Source of the DNA: Curvularia clavata
Taxonomy: Eukaryota
Direction of reading: 5' to 3'
Length of the DNA stretch: 64,000 bases
NCBI GenBank assembly: GCA_023920165.1
Contig: CP089278.1
Coordinates: 2,914,001 to 2,978,000, forward strand
The notes under the pieces: model-generated
The model's input: the letters and a program-made list of their open reading frames with translations, nothing else
Told to the model about the DNA's origin: nothing
Databases searched by the model: none
Position numbers and translations under genes: made by a program
Shown here: in pieces, positions 23,401-36,324 of the stretch
How positions within the stretch are numbered: the stretch's first letter is position 1
How the letters are laid out: each line of letters begins with the position of its first letter

Positions 23401-25912
23401 CGTAAACACACTCAAGGAGCAATCCGATACTGCTGATTATCAGTCAGCAGTGCGCGCTGATCTCTTGATCGACTGCATTCGACACTCTACCAGTCCACAA
23501 GTGCAAAACAGCGCACTACTTTTGATCTCCAACCTTGCTTCATGGGTCCCGGATCTTATTCTGCACAACCTTATGCCCATTTTCACGTTTATCGGCTCCA
23601 CCTTGCTTCGACAGCACGACGACTATTCGGCTCAGGTTGTCGACAAGACAATTTCCCGCGTCGTTCCTCAATTGGCTGCCTCGCTTCGCTCAAAGCACAG
23701 AGACTTCATCGCAGGTGTCTCTGATCTACTGCTTAGCTTTACCGCTGCATTCGAGCACATCCCCCTGCACAGAAGGATGAAGCTATTTACGGAGCTCGCC
23801 CGGACATTGGGTCCCGAAGACTCGCTCCCAGCCATTGTTGCTCTTCTCGCCGACCGGTATCACAGCAAGGAGCAAAGGAGATTCTGCGCGGATTTGCTCC
23901 TTTATTTCGATCCTATCAATACTCTGATCACTTTCAATGGCTACCTGAACCTGCTCACTGATGCCACTGGACCCAAACCACAGGTTGCAGAGACTTTGTT
24001 CGGGCTAAAGGATAAGGTCAAGGAGAACAAGTTCGACTCGTCAATTCAAAGCATGCTGTCGTGTTTGACAGATCTGGCTCTCGACGAAAAGGTAAAAGCG
24101 CACGTCACCAGAGCATACAGAAAGAAGGACGACCCAGAAAGACCACGAAAAATATTTGCGAATATCGTCGAGACCACTATTCAGCTGTCAAAGAAACTGG
24201 CATCAAACCCAAAGACCTACGCAGGATGCAGTCGTGTTCTTGCCAGTTGTTTGGACCTTTTACCGACAACCGATCTCATCAAATCCGCCGAGTTGCTGCT
24301 CTCCAGCACGGACTCTCACGTGCAGATTGCTGCGGTAAAGTCAGTTGAACTTCGAGCGGGTACTGCCAAGCAAAACGATCGCAAGTCCGTGGAGGCTCTA
24401 ATTTCCTTCTTGCCTAGTGTCCAGGCCCTTCTGCAACAGACTCCGGAGATGGATGCAAAGATGGTCTCGGTCAGCTGCATCGATCGCATTGTCGAACGAT
24501 TTGGCAGGAAGGATGTTTCTGCTGTATCCTCAGTGGCGCAGACCATCGCCGGCCCAGAATCGCTATCAAGCAGCGACGACAGAATCCGCATCCTGTCCTT
24601 GCTCTGTCTCACATCTGTCGTCGATGTTCTTGAGGATGAAGCGATATCGCTGCTGCCTAAGGTCATTCCCATTGCCTTTGAATACCTTTCAAATGCCATT
24701 GAGGAGGAGAAGGCTGGCCTTCATAATGCCGTTTTCACTCTGCTTGCAAATATCGTCGATCGTCTCGGATACATGTTCTCGCGAGAGTACTTGGATACTG
24801 CTCTGCGACTATCTCAGCGTTCTTCTGCTGCTGATCTGGAAGACGCATGTGATGAAAGCCGTACTGGTTTCTACCAGAGCGTGTCGCAGAACCTTGGTGC
24901 CCGAGAGGTGTTTTCTTCTATCAAAGCGACATGGCCACATGCTGTTTCCCAAGGCTTCGATGCCTTGCTTGAACAACTTGAGCTTCTGCAGTCTACCATC
25001 AACGCTCAGACCAAAGCCAAACTTGTCAAGGCAAGCTCGCCGCTGTTCAGCTTGTTTCTGCAAACCTTCCGTCTGCGAGATTCTGTCCAGTCCGAGACTG
25101 AAGAAGAGATTGACAAGGAAGAGGTTGAGCAGCTCGAGGGTACGCTCATTGAAGCGGTTATTTCCATGGTTCTCAAACTTAGCGACGCTACCTTCCGTCC
25201 TTTCTTCGTGCAGCTCGTGGACCAAGAAGGCCCGTTGCCTGCCAAGCCTCAGCGTGCCATCACCTTCTACAAGTTCCTTGCGGCTTTCTTCGACAAATTC
25301 AAAGTACGTATCAAACCAAGCTTCAATCGTGCACATGTGCTAACTATCAACTAGTCTCTTGTAACAAGCTATTCAAGCTACATAATCGAGCATGCTGCAA
25401 AGATGCTCTCGCAGCTTGCCAAAGATGATTCAGAAGTTGCTACCCGGAGCGCCGTCCTCTCCGCCCTTCAAAAGACTTTCCAGCATGACCAAGATGGTTT
25501 CTGGCAAGCACCCTCGCACTTTGGTACCATCATGCCACCTCTTCTTTCGCTTCTCAGCTTGCCTTCGGCATCTACTGCTACACCTGAGAACAACACCAAC
25601 AACGTCATCCCCACCATCACCGAACTCGCAGTCGCGTCCTCGTCAAGCATGGAGAACCACCGTGAAATGAACAGCATCCTGCTGAAGAACATGAGGAGTG
25701 AAGATAGGCACACAAGGTTGGCTACTGTCCTCTGCGAACAGAGCTTGACACGCAGACTCGGTGAAGAATGGCTTGGCTTGCTGCCCGAAATGTTGCCATT
25801 CATCAGTGAGCTTATGGAGGATGATGATGAGATGGTGGAGCGCGAGTGCCAGAGATGGAAGAACGGCATGGAGGAGATTTTGGGCGAGAGCTTGGAGGGC
25901 ATGCTGCAGTAA
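20497..25912 (+). CDS. UTP10: U3 snoRNP-associated protein 10 (HEAT repeat, BP28CT)
   Basis: MATALQKQL..KSLLF, KALEWLVRRF|RIHEYN, LKLSDATFRPFF and LGEEWLGLLPEMLPFISELMEDDDE. Introns 20874-20937 and 25304-25354. Confidence 0.96.
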
Positions 25913-26416
25913 TTTTGCCTTGTAGATGTGTTTCTATCTAAAAACTGTAAATGCTACGTTTCTCTTTTTCTTCACAATAGAAATCGGTGCAAAATCATGA
26001 GATGAATGTATTTTCTAAGAGAGATGCTGAACAGTGCTGACTTTCAGATCGGAGTGAATGTATTTTGTGCGCCATCTTACGAGCCCAAGGTAGACTCTAC
26101 ATGTTTTGTGATCCGACTTTGCCACCTTGGGTTCTGTTGGGTTGGGGGATATACAAGAGGTCCTTGGAACAGAGTGTAATTGGGCTAAGCTTTTGTATTC
26201 TTAAAACTTATATAATAAAGCCTGGAGGGCGAGAAAATGAACAAGTCTTTGCCGAAAATATCCAATGGTATCATAAAACGCCTATCCTATCCACCTCGCT
26301 TTTTCCCCAAGTTCCCATTGATTACCTCTTTTTGTTCCATAACAATTATCATACACATTGGGCCAAGTGGTGGCAACGGACTGGCCCCTGGAAACCCCAG
26401 GACATATCCGCCTTCT

Positions 26417-29400
26417 TTACTCAGCGGCATTATTTCCTGAGCCGTCATGTCCTCCAAACCCTCCGTTTCCAAATGACGCGTCCCCAAAAGAAAGCATATC
26501 GTGCGGTAAGTACTCCAGATCCCATGGCATCATCTCTGCACCAAGCAAAGACATGTCGACGTCCTGAGTGTCAATGACCATGTCGCCAAAGGCATGGTCT
26601 GAGGGAGTGTGAAAGGTGGTGAAGGTAGGCGAGAAGTCGTTTTGTGACGGTGGCTGCATCTGCGAGGTGCCACGCGAGTAAGATGCTTGAGTTGGCAAAG
26701 GCGTCCTGACAGCCGCTGGTGAGCCCCCGGGAAACGGTGAGTGCAAATTTAATAGCAAATCAGCGTCCGAAACCATGACGGGATCTGGATTAGGAATGTT
26801 GCTGTATGCTTGGTTTGGTGGTGGCGGGGGCATGGAGGCTGAGTTGAATTGGGAGACGCCCTGCGGCGATGTCACAGATTGTTGCGACTCGAACTTTATC
26901 GGGGGATCCGATATTAAGGATGCAATAGATGGCTGTGCGCTGGCTGGAACTGGGTTACGAGCTGGTGGCTTGGTAGCCCGAGCTTCGCCATTTTCGGAAG
27001 TATACATCACTGCGACGTTTGTCGAAGGTGAGTTCATGGTTCCAGTCAGAGACCATCCGATAGCTATGCAAGAGTCAATACTATTGTCCAAAGAGTATTT
27101 GAGTAAATCGCATACCTTGACTTGGGTGTACCATTGGTGAACCAGGCAGCTTCGGAGATCGTGCACCTTTTCTGATTGCAGCTGCCATCTTGGCCACATC
27201 TGCGTCCGAATTTTGTGCCGTCAAGTATGTGCCCCAGCTAAGTTTCCTCCTCCAACCAGGACTAGTAAATGAAGGCTCTGGTCTAGGCGCTTCCAAGGCG
27301 CTCTCCATCTCTTCTGCAGTATAGAGCAAGGGGTCACAGACGCCCTTCGCCTTCTGATCAAGCACAGTCATGATGTACTTGACTCCTGCCCAGTAGGTCT
27401 CAAGGGCCTTGAGAGCGCGGTAGCACCGTTGATAATTTTGATTAGCGGCAGACGCCAGCAATGAATGCTTGGCAGCAGTCTGCTTCTGCTCTCGATCATT
27501 GACAGTGGTACTAGCTGTGATGAGACGGTCGATGGACTGACCAACAGTGGCTTTTTGGCTGTTGTCACCATTGCGATCAGGGCTAGCAGGGCGAGAGTGA
27601 GGCTGTGAAGACGCAGAATGAAGAGCTGTCTCCTTAAGGAAGGCACATGCAGCAATGTATATAGGTTGACTAGGCTATGATCAGTCTCGCGATGGAGGTA
27701 CTCGGAGCATGGTTGAACATACCTCGTAAATGGATTGCCCATGCCAGTCTTCACGTCGATGAGCTCCGTGAAAGCTAAAATATCGGCGACAGTCTTTGCA
27801 GATGACATGGACAGCTCTCTACTGTGGTTGGAATGCGGCTGAGGTGTGCCCTCGAAAGTTCTCAATAGTGTGGGTTGGTGCAAGAGAACGATGAGAGTGT
27901 GGAACCAGCAGTGAAGCAACAAAAAGTTTGTTCCCTGATTCAGCTTGACATACTGCTGGAAGTTGACAGCATTGAAGTGCAGTTTAGGCGAGAGATTCTG
28001 GTAAATGTTGGTTAGTCGGTCTTCCCACACTACCAATTGCTTTTGGAGTTCTGGCGTGACGTCGGCAGGGCTTCTAATGCGGTTCAATAGATCAGTCACC
28101 CGTCCGTAAAGATGTATGACTCGGATCAACGCAGGATAAGGCAGCGGCCATCCGCTCGAATCGACTTCGTCCAAGGAAGGGAAAGAAATCTCAATGTCGC
28201 GATCGCGTAAAGTGACCGGGCGCCCGGTGCCAGAAGAAATGACTCTATCGAGGAAGAAGATTGACCAAAACGTGTCCAATCTCTCACGCTCAGCTGCACG
28301 CTGCTCTTGTTCTTCGGCGCTTTTTTCATGGTTGTCCTGGGAAGCAGCTTGTTCTGATGTCCGCGATCCTTCGGGATCGTTCTTGACAGAACTTGGCGTT
28401 GGACCGTGCCGCCCCTCATACTTGAGACCTCCTACAGACTGCATACCCAAATCTTGGGCCATGCGGATAGCTATTCCAAGGTACATCCACAAGCCACTAT
28501 CACGACTTGCTCCAAATTCGTCGTAGGCGAGGAGGAGTGCAGCTTGGACCACGGCTACACTAGGACATGGAAAAGTGTCGGGGATTGCTGACTTTGCTCT
28601 TTGTGCAAATGCCTGGCCATATTCCGAAGGCTGAAGCTTGGTGTTTTCGTTTTCGCCATCCTTGTGATCGCCGTTACCTGTCAACATGGGATGGGTTGAG
28701 AAGCGTGCGGCTAAAGCACAGACAGCATCCACGAGTATGGCGTCTACTTGCTTTTCTTCCAAGTCACGCATAAATCGTTCGCGCTGCAGGAAAGGGAAGG
28801 AGCAGCCCAAATGGGCGAAGAAGACCTTGCAAAGATGGGTGATGAGTGGACTCGGAGACATGGATGAGGCATCGTATACAGGTATTTCTAGCGGAGTACG
28901 AGCTTCGTTTACTGGTGGCGACCCTACAGAAGGCTGTGCAGGAGAGGACTCGATAACGTGTGCTAGAAAAGTCAGAAACAGTTTGGGATGTTCTCCAATC
29001 AGACTGCAGCATTGGCCTTTGTGACTAGAAGAGTCGCCAACTGCCAGTATTGGGACAAACAAAGGGTCATTTCAATGCGTGAAGTCGAGGTAATACTTAC
29101 GATCTGATGTGGTATGAGCACTTCCGTGCTGTTTCCCGCGCACCTTGACGACCATCTGCCTCAAACCAGGTACGATGGCTGTGGGACCAAAGTATCTGAA
29201 GTAAGGCATCCTGTTGCGCGTGCTCAAGGTCAGGCCAGAGCTGCCTGTTGGGATGTCCATCTTGGGAGACGGATTGACGGTGCTGGACTCGGACGTGTGA
29301 GATGCCGTGTGTGGCAAGGGCGGTCGCGTGAGCTGGGGATCGATGGGAGACTCGTTCTTGGGGGCGGACATGCTGTTGTTAGAGATGGTGCTCTCCCGCC

Positions 29401-29719
29401 GGACTGGTGGCTTCTTGTTCTGTTTTTGCGCATCGCCTCCGCTGTTGTCGTCGCCATAACCGGCGCATTCGTGTTTGTTCTGCGTGCATGTGCCACAAAC
29501 CGGCCGCTCGCCTGTGTTTACTGTCAGCCTCGATATTGGTCTTGCAAGACGGCCAGGCTCACCCGAACAGCGCGTCTTCTTTTTGCGACATGTCAAGCAG
29601 GCCGAGTTGATGCGGCGCCGCTTCGCATAAGGACCATCATGGTTCGTCACGAAGCGGATGGGCTTGGGCTGGGGCGCGGCAGCATTCGCAGAGGCCGAGG
29701 GAGAGGCGGCTTGATGCAT
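26417..29719 (-). CDS. Zn(II)2Cys6 transcription factor with fungal-specific TF domain (multi-exon)
   Basis: ACLTCRKKKTRCSG|ERPVCGTCTQNKHEC, split by intron 29512-29562. Middle-homology motifs WMYLGIAIRMAQDLG and FWSIFFLDR..GRP. Further GT-AG introns join the overlapping ORFs 27368-29062, 27081-27461 and 26417-27199. Confidence 0.88.
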
Positions 29720-30149
29720 TAAAAGCAGAGTGCGAGGTCACAGAGGAGCGGAAAAGGCCGCATCAAAGGCCGGATGGAATGATGCAGGGGAGCAGTTGTG
29801 GGTGGGGTAGCAACAGCTAGGAGCGCGTCAACGGTTGATCGACGGCGAGCCAGACCAGACGGTGGAGAACATGCAAAGGACCTGGGACGAGAAGCTGTGG
29901 GGAAGCAAGTGCATATTCAGCGACGGCGGCAGCAAGGATGGACCGGCAGATGCTGCGACGACTGCTTGGGCTTGCTTGCAGAGCACTCGGGGAAGGCCAA
30001 GGGGAAGGGGTGTGGTGCAAAGCGGAGAACCCCAGATTTTCGGGCCCTCGACGCTTTGTCCACGCCCTGGCTGCACGCAAAAAATAACTCGCCGCCCGGT
30101 CCTAACCGCCTCGCTCGTCCTGATTCATCCCATCCCACGCCAGGCCACC

Positions 30150-31305
30150 ATGGAGTCCATCCGCCCAGCCCTCGCCCAGCTACGCGTCGCCGTGCCCCCG
30201 AGATTGCCCGCCAGGCCCTTCTGGCAATGTCTACACACGTCGGCTGCGCGGGGCGCCACGCCTCTGCCCCATCCCTCCGGTATGTGCCAAGACATGGACA
30301 ACATGATGGCAATTCACTCATTGACGCCCGACAGTGCCTGGCCCGCCGCCTGAGACGCCCCAAGCACACCCTTCAGATGCCGCCCAGCGCGTGGCGAGGA
30401 AACAGAAGCAGGCCGACATGATGAAGCAGGCGCGCGAGATGCGCGAGTCGCATATGCCCTCGGGCAAGCCCAAGAGCATGCTGGCCAAGCGCTTCTGGAA
30501 ACACGTCTCTGTCAAGGAGACTGAAGCAGGCTTGCAAGTCTTCCTCGACCACCGCCCTGTCCGCATGCCCAACAAGCAGATTCTCACAGTGCCCGCCTCC
30601 AAACCCCAGCTCGCAACCGCCATTGCCCTCGAATGGGACCTCCTCACGAGCGCACAGCAGGCCCTCAAGAACGACTACATTCCCATGACCTCGCTTGCTG
30701 CGCGAGCCATTGACATTGAGGCGGCGGACAAGGCGGGGCAGACCAACGTCCGGAACGACATCATCGCCTACTTTATGCGCGTACTCTCTACCGACACACT
30801 GCTTTGCTGGGCGCCAGAGAAGATGATCAACGACACACTGCAGGGCGGAAAGACGCTGCGTCAAATCCAGGAGGAAGTGGCCACGGACATCATTGCCTAC
30901 CTCCAGGCCCACGTGTTCCCTGGCGTCGAGATCAGGCCCACGCTCGATCCGGAATCTATCATTCCTGTCGAGCAGCCCAAGATGACACAGGAGGTGATCC
31001 GCGGCTGGTGTGCTGGCCTGGCTCCCTATGAGCTTGCCGGGCTAGAGCGCGCAGTACTGGCGTCCAAGAGTCTGCTCGTTAGCGCACGGCTGATACATGA
31101 GTGGAGCGAGGCATTTGCGCAATCCCCAAAGCCAGCTGATGTCGCACGCTTTGGCATCGAGGATGCGGCCGAGGCGTGCAGCTTGGAGGTCAAGTGGCAG
31201 ACGTCGCAGTGGGGTGAGGTGGAAGACACACACGACGTGCAGAAGGAGGACCTACGGCGGCAGCTGGGAGGCGCCGTCATCCTGGTGAGCGGAAGCTCGT
31301 CATAA
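30150..31305 (+). CDS. ATP12: Mitochondrial F1-ATPase assembly chaperone
   Basis: Presequence exon 30150-30279, intron 30280-30334. Motifs KRFWKHVSV, LDHRPVR, IALEWD, TDTLLCW and WGEVEDTHDV. Confidence 0.94.
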
Positions 31306-31783
31306 GGCGCTGGACGAGTGTATATTAGTGTACATATCAAATACGATAGTTATGTCCAAGTCTACGACATCCAAGGCATGTAGTGTGGAACCAGGCGAGG
31401 CTGGGCGGTGACGTTCGTGGCTCCAAGATCCGTGATTGGCTGGCCAGCGGACAGACATGGATGCGCCTCAACGCTCAGCCAGCCGTCGCGTGTGATTGGC
31501 TCCACCAGCCCTGTGGCTAGAGAGCGACGCCTCTGACGAAACCCCCAAAGCACTCGACAGCCCCGCTATCTGTTACGATTACCGTACAAGCCTAGACCCC
31601 TTATTCCAAGCTGTGATACCCGTCCTTATTCATCACCTTCCTATTTTCCCCCGTGCTGTTACTGCCTACTTGGTCTGAATTGAACGTCAAGCTTTCCAAA
31701 CCCCTTGCTAGTCTTCGCCCGCACCTGCATCTAATCTAAGAAAGGCCAGCAGCATCTCTCGCTGGCCAGCCAATCACGTGGCC

Positions 31784-34700
31784 ATGGAAGGGTAAGTGCT
31801 AGGTCCCAAGCCTTCTCCTTCGTCATGGCGGGACCGATGGGGACGAGACGGCTTTCTGTTGCGGACCGCTGCTGACCGCCTGTCCAGGCACAAGCGCTCC
31901 AAGTCGGCCAGCGTCAAGAACCTCCTGTCCCGCGTCTCGTCCAAGCCCGACGGCGACACGGCAGAGCCCAGCGACAATTCTCCGCCTGGCTCAGCTACCT
32001 CGGCCACCTCCCAACAAGCCTCACAGCTCAAAGGCTACAACACACCGGGCCATAGCCGCAGCCTCTCCAAGAAGAACCCCCACCTCTCCACCACAATGTC
32101 CAATGCGGGTGCATCCCAAGACGGCCTCAATTCCCCCTCAGCCAGCGTGCAGCAGACGCCAACTTCGCCAACAAAAGCAACATCCATCGAACAGTCGGTG
32201 AAGCTATTTAGAGTCTTCGAATCGCTCCGAAACGGCGACACGGTAGCTATCGCACGGGCAATCAGAGAACAGTCAGGCCACACCGACAGCGAGAACGGCA
32301 GATCGTCAATACAGCTCCCCAGCGCACGCACAGAGGGGACTTCGATTCTCCATTTAGCCATACAATGCGCCGAGCTGCCCGTGATTGAGTTCGTCCTCTC
32401 TAACGCAACAGGAGCGCCAGACTCCCCCATCGATATCAACGGCCGCGACCGCGATGGCAACACGCCACTTCACATTGCTGCAACCCTGGGCCGGACAACA
32501 GTCGTGCGAATGCTCCTCGACCAGCCCGGTATCAACGATTCCTTGACCAATTACACCGGCCAGACACCGCTGGATCTCGCCCGCACACCGGACATCTTCC
32601 AGGCGCTGCAGCTATCGCGCTCCATTTTCATTGACACATATGTAAAGAAAATACAGCAGATGGTGGCTTCTGGTGATATGGATGGACTTGAGAAGGTGTT
32701 GCAGGATGGCCGCGTAAAGACTACGCTCGATGTCAATGGCGGCGAGCTAGCGACTGATCCAGTCGTCGTCGACGCTGGAGGCACACTTCTGCACGAGGCC
32801 GCAAAGAAAAAGGACGTCAAGCTGGCTCAGCTGCTTTTGTTAAACGGCGCCGACCCTTTTCGCCGCGACCGAAAGGGCAAGCTTCCTCAAGACTATACCA
32901 AAGACGACCGTACCCGCGCCATTTTGAAGCGATCGCCTGCTGCGGCAGCTGCACAGAGAGGAATACAGGAGAAGACCATCCTCGCTGGCTCAGCACCGGG
33001 ACAAGCGGCGGCAGAGACTGGAATGGGTGTCAAGGAGTCGCGGGAGATGAAAGGATACTTGAAGAAATGGACAAACTACACATCTGGATACAAGTTGCGC
33101 TGGTTTGTTCTTGAGGACGGTGTATTGAGCTATTACAAGCACCAGGACGACACTGGTTCTGCATGCCGCGGTGCTATTAACATGCGCATCGCCAAACTGT
33201 ACATGGACCCCCAAGACAAGCAGCGTTTTGAGATTCAGGGCAAATCGTCTGTCAAGTACCACCTTAAAGCAAACCACCAGGTCGAAGCGAAGCGCTGGTA
33301 CTGGGCATTGAACAATGCGATCCAGTGGGCCAAGGACGAAGCACGTGAAGAGGAGAGGCGAGCCACCCAGGATCAAGAGATGCTGAAGCAGGCCAAGATT
33401 GAGCAGATCAAGGGTGAAGGCGATACTTCCAGTCTTGGGAGCTCCAAGATCGCCAGTAGTTCCAAACACCACCCAGCCTGTAAGTTGTCACAAGCAAAAC
33501 TTTTGGTTCTATACTAATACCTTCAGCGTCCAATCTCAACATTCCTATCCAGAGCTTGGATGCCACCTCTTCGCGTACTGCAGTCAGTGTCAACGACGAC
33601 CCAGGTAGCGTCTACGAGCCTAGCATGCACAGCCAGGGTCTGGATAGAATGACCAGTCAAATGGGACCACCGACTGCTGCTGGTGATGATGACGATGACG
33701 ACGATTACGGAGACGACTCCAGTAGCCACGAAATGAAGCCCCAGAGCAAGGATGCCTTCAACATCACAGCGCAGTCTGCGAAGTTGCAACTCGATTTGTT
33801 GACATCTGTTTCCGCTGCCCTACAAACAGAGAAGGATCGATCGCCTAACATGCAGATTTCTGATCCCATGATGCTGCAGGCGCTGGCGTCGTACGAATCC
33901 GCCATCGGCAATCTCAAAGGACTCATTGGCGATCTTCTCAGAATAGCTAGGGACCGTGACGCCTACTGGCAATACCGACTAGACCGTGAAGCTAACGTGC
34001 GTCGCATGTGGGAAGAGAGCATGGCTAAAGTCGCAAAAGAACAGGAAGAGCTCGAAAACAGGATTGGCGAGTCGGAGGAAAAACGACGAAAGCAGAAAAA
34101 AGCCCTTCGAGAAGCGCTGGAAGACTTTGAAAAGGCTGAGCCTGAGACACAAGCTAAGCAGGACGAAGATATGTTCACCGATGCGCCAGAAGATGCCGCG
34201 CAGCAAAAAGAGATGTTAGCGCCCGTTGCTGCAACTCAAACCCAAAACGTCAGAAGAAAGGCTACTTTTGCCGACATTGCAGCGGAGATTTCAGATTCAG
34301 AGTCAGAGGATGACGAGGAATTCTTCGACGCCGTCGGTGCTGGCGAAGTCGAGGTAGTGGAGATGCCCGCTGCTAGCGTTCCCCTAGACGTAGAAAGCAG
34401 CGCCCCAGATGCTTCTGGAGATCCCTGGGAGAAGAAATCAATGGAAATCGCCACTGCTTGGGCAGGTTACGAGGATGGTCCACGAAAGCGCCTGGCCATG
34501 GATGCAGATGACAGGCCAAAGATCTCACTCTGGGTATGCTCGGCTTCTTCAACCCTTTGCGCAATGCTAACTATTATTTAGGGCATTCTGAAGTCCATGA
34601 TTGGAAAGGATATGACCAAGATGACACTGCCGGTGTCCTTCAACGAGCCTACTTCACTTCTCCAACGTGTGGCGGAAGACATGGAGTACACTGACCTCCT

Positions 34701-35795
34701 TGACACCGCTGCCGAACGACCTGACTCCACGGAGCGACTTCTCTATGTTGCCGCCTTTGCCGCTTCAGAATACGCCTCTACAATCGGGCGTGTTGCTAAG
34801 CCTTTCAATCCACTACTTGCTGAAACGTTTGAATACGCCAGACCAGACAAGGGCTACCGGTTCTTCATTGAACAGGTCAGCCATCATCCGCCCATTGGCG
34901 CGGCTTTTGCCGAGTCCAAGAAGTGGGATTACTATGTGAGTACCAGAAAACATGTATTGTAGTATCATCTAATAGCATACAGGGCGAGTCTGCAGTGAAG
35001 TCCAAATTTTACGGCAAGTCCTTCGACATTAATCCACTCGGTACCTGGTTCCTGCGATTGCGGCCCACTGCAACCGGAGGAAAGGAGGAGTTGTACACTT
35101 GGAAAAAGGTTACCTCTTCAGTCATCGGTATCATTACTGGAAACCCTGTTGTTGACAACTACGGTCTCATGGAAATCACCAACTGGACAACTGGTGAGAA
35201 ATGTATGCTTGACTTCAAACCTCGTGGCTGGAAGGCTTCTTCTGCATACCAGGTTGTTGGAAAGGTCATGGATGCCGAAAACAGAGTGCGCTGGAGCATT
35301 GGCGGACGATGGAACGACAAGATCTACGCCAGGTTCACCCCCGGCTTCGAGGATGCAGACATTGACAAGGGCGGCAAGACTTCAAAACACGATGACAACA
35401 AGGCTTTCCTGGTCTGGCAATGCCACGAGCGTCCGACTGGCATTCCGTTCAACCTTACTCCATTTGTCGTGACCCTCAATGCCATTCCGGATAAGCTGCG
35501 CCCGATTGTGGCACCCACAGACACCCGACTCCGGCCTGATCAGCGCGCCATGGAAGACGGTGAATACGACTTTGCCGCCACAGAAAAGAACCGCGTAGAA
35601 GAGAAGCAGCGCGCGACAAGGCGACAGCGAGAGGCAAATGGAGTAGAGTTCCGTCCCAGGTGGTTCACAAAGGGCAGATGCGAGATCACAGGCGAGGAGT
35701 ACTGGGTATTCAACCATGAATACTGGAAGATCAGGGATCGCGTTGCCAAGGGCGAAACTTCGTGGGCTGAGGCTGGCTTGGAGGATATCTTTTAG
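31784..35795 (+). CDS. Oxysterol-binding protein OSH1/OSH2 type (ankyrin, PH, FFAT, ORD)
   Basis: Ankyrin [11 protein letters not shown] domain [18 protein letters not shown] motif EEFFDA, ORD fingerprint EQVSHHPP. Introns 31792-31887, 33480-33526, 34534-34581 and 34936-34982. Confidence 0.93.
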
Positions 35796-35924
35796 ACTAA
35801 TGGTACACGCCTGTTGCTTAGTAATACATCCATTGTGAGGGTTTGGCGCTAGTGGTAATACAGCAAACAACATTCACCTTCACCTTCACCTTTCGCTTGG
35901 CAAAAAAAAAGAGCAAAAAAGAGC

Positions 35925-36109
35925 AAAAATCAAGCCCTATGCCCTTCTACTGCCCGACGCCCGCCTTCCGAATCGAACCAAGGTTCTTACGGTCGACGGC
36001 TGCGCCCCCCTAGCTTGCAGCCCTAATGCTATTTTGTTAGTGTTGGAAGGTGATACTTCTCTGGTGCTAGGCGGCCCACCCGATCAGGCTATAGGATTAA
36101 TCGCTTGAT
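35925..36109 (-). ncRNA. Candidate structured RNA polymerase III transcript of unknown class
   Basis: 5' ATCAAGC pairs with 3' GCTTGAT, which runs directly into T5, followed by T6 and T9. A-box-like TAGCCTGATCGG at 36091-36080; B box GGTTCGATTCG at 35979-35969. Several internal helices. No tRNA cloverleaf found. Confidence 0.6.
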
Positions 36110-36324
36110 GGTGAGACACAGGATGTTGCGGTCAGTCAGTCCCGGTGAATGATGAGTCCTGTCACGACACCCGCTTTCACAACGACGTCACATCGTGGAT
36201 CAACAACATGCACAAACTTGTCCCACTATCTTCGTCGCTACAAAGATAGCTCTGCGATTGTAAGTTCTACTTGTCACTCATAGATATGAGATATCCAAGG
36301 CACTACACCACCACCACCTGCACA

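Noticed and set aside
24417..25343. 308-aa alternative-frame ORF inside UTP10, and similar antisense ORFs in other genes
   Set aside because: Shadow ORFs of GC-rich coding sequence with no recognisable motifs.
26065..26577. 170-aa plus-strand ORF
   Set aside because: Non-ATG start, overlaps the 3' end of the Zn2Cys6 gene in antisense, no motifs.
35960..36095. tRNA gene suggested by GGTTCGATTC on the minus strand
   Set aside because: No T-stem/acceptor-stem geometry around the motif, and ~40 nt of paired sequence continue to the terminator. Kept as an unknown Pol III RNA instead.
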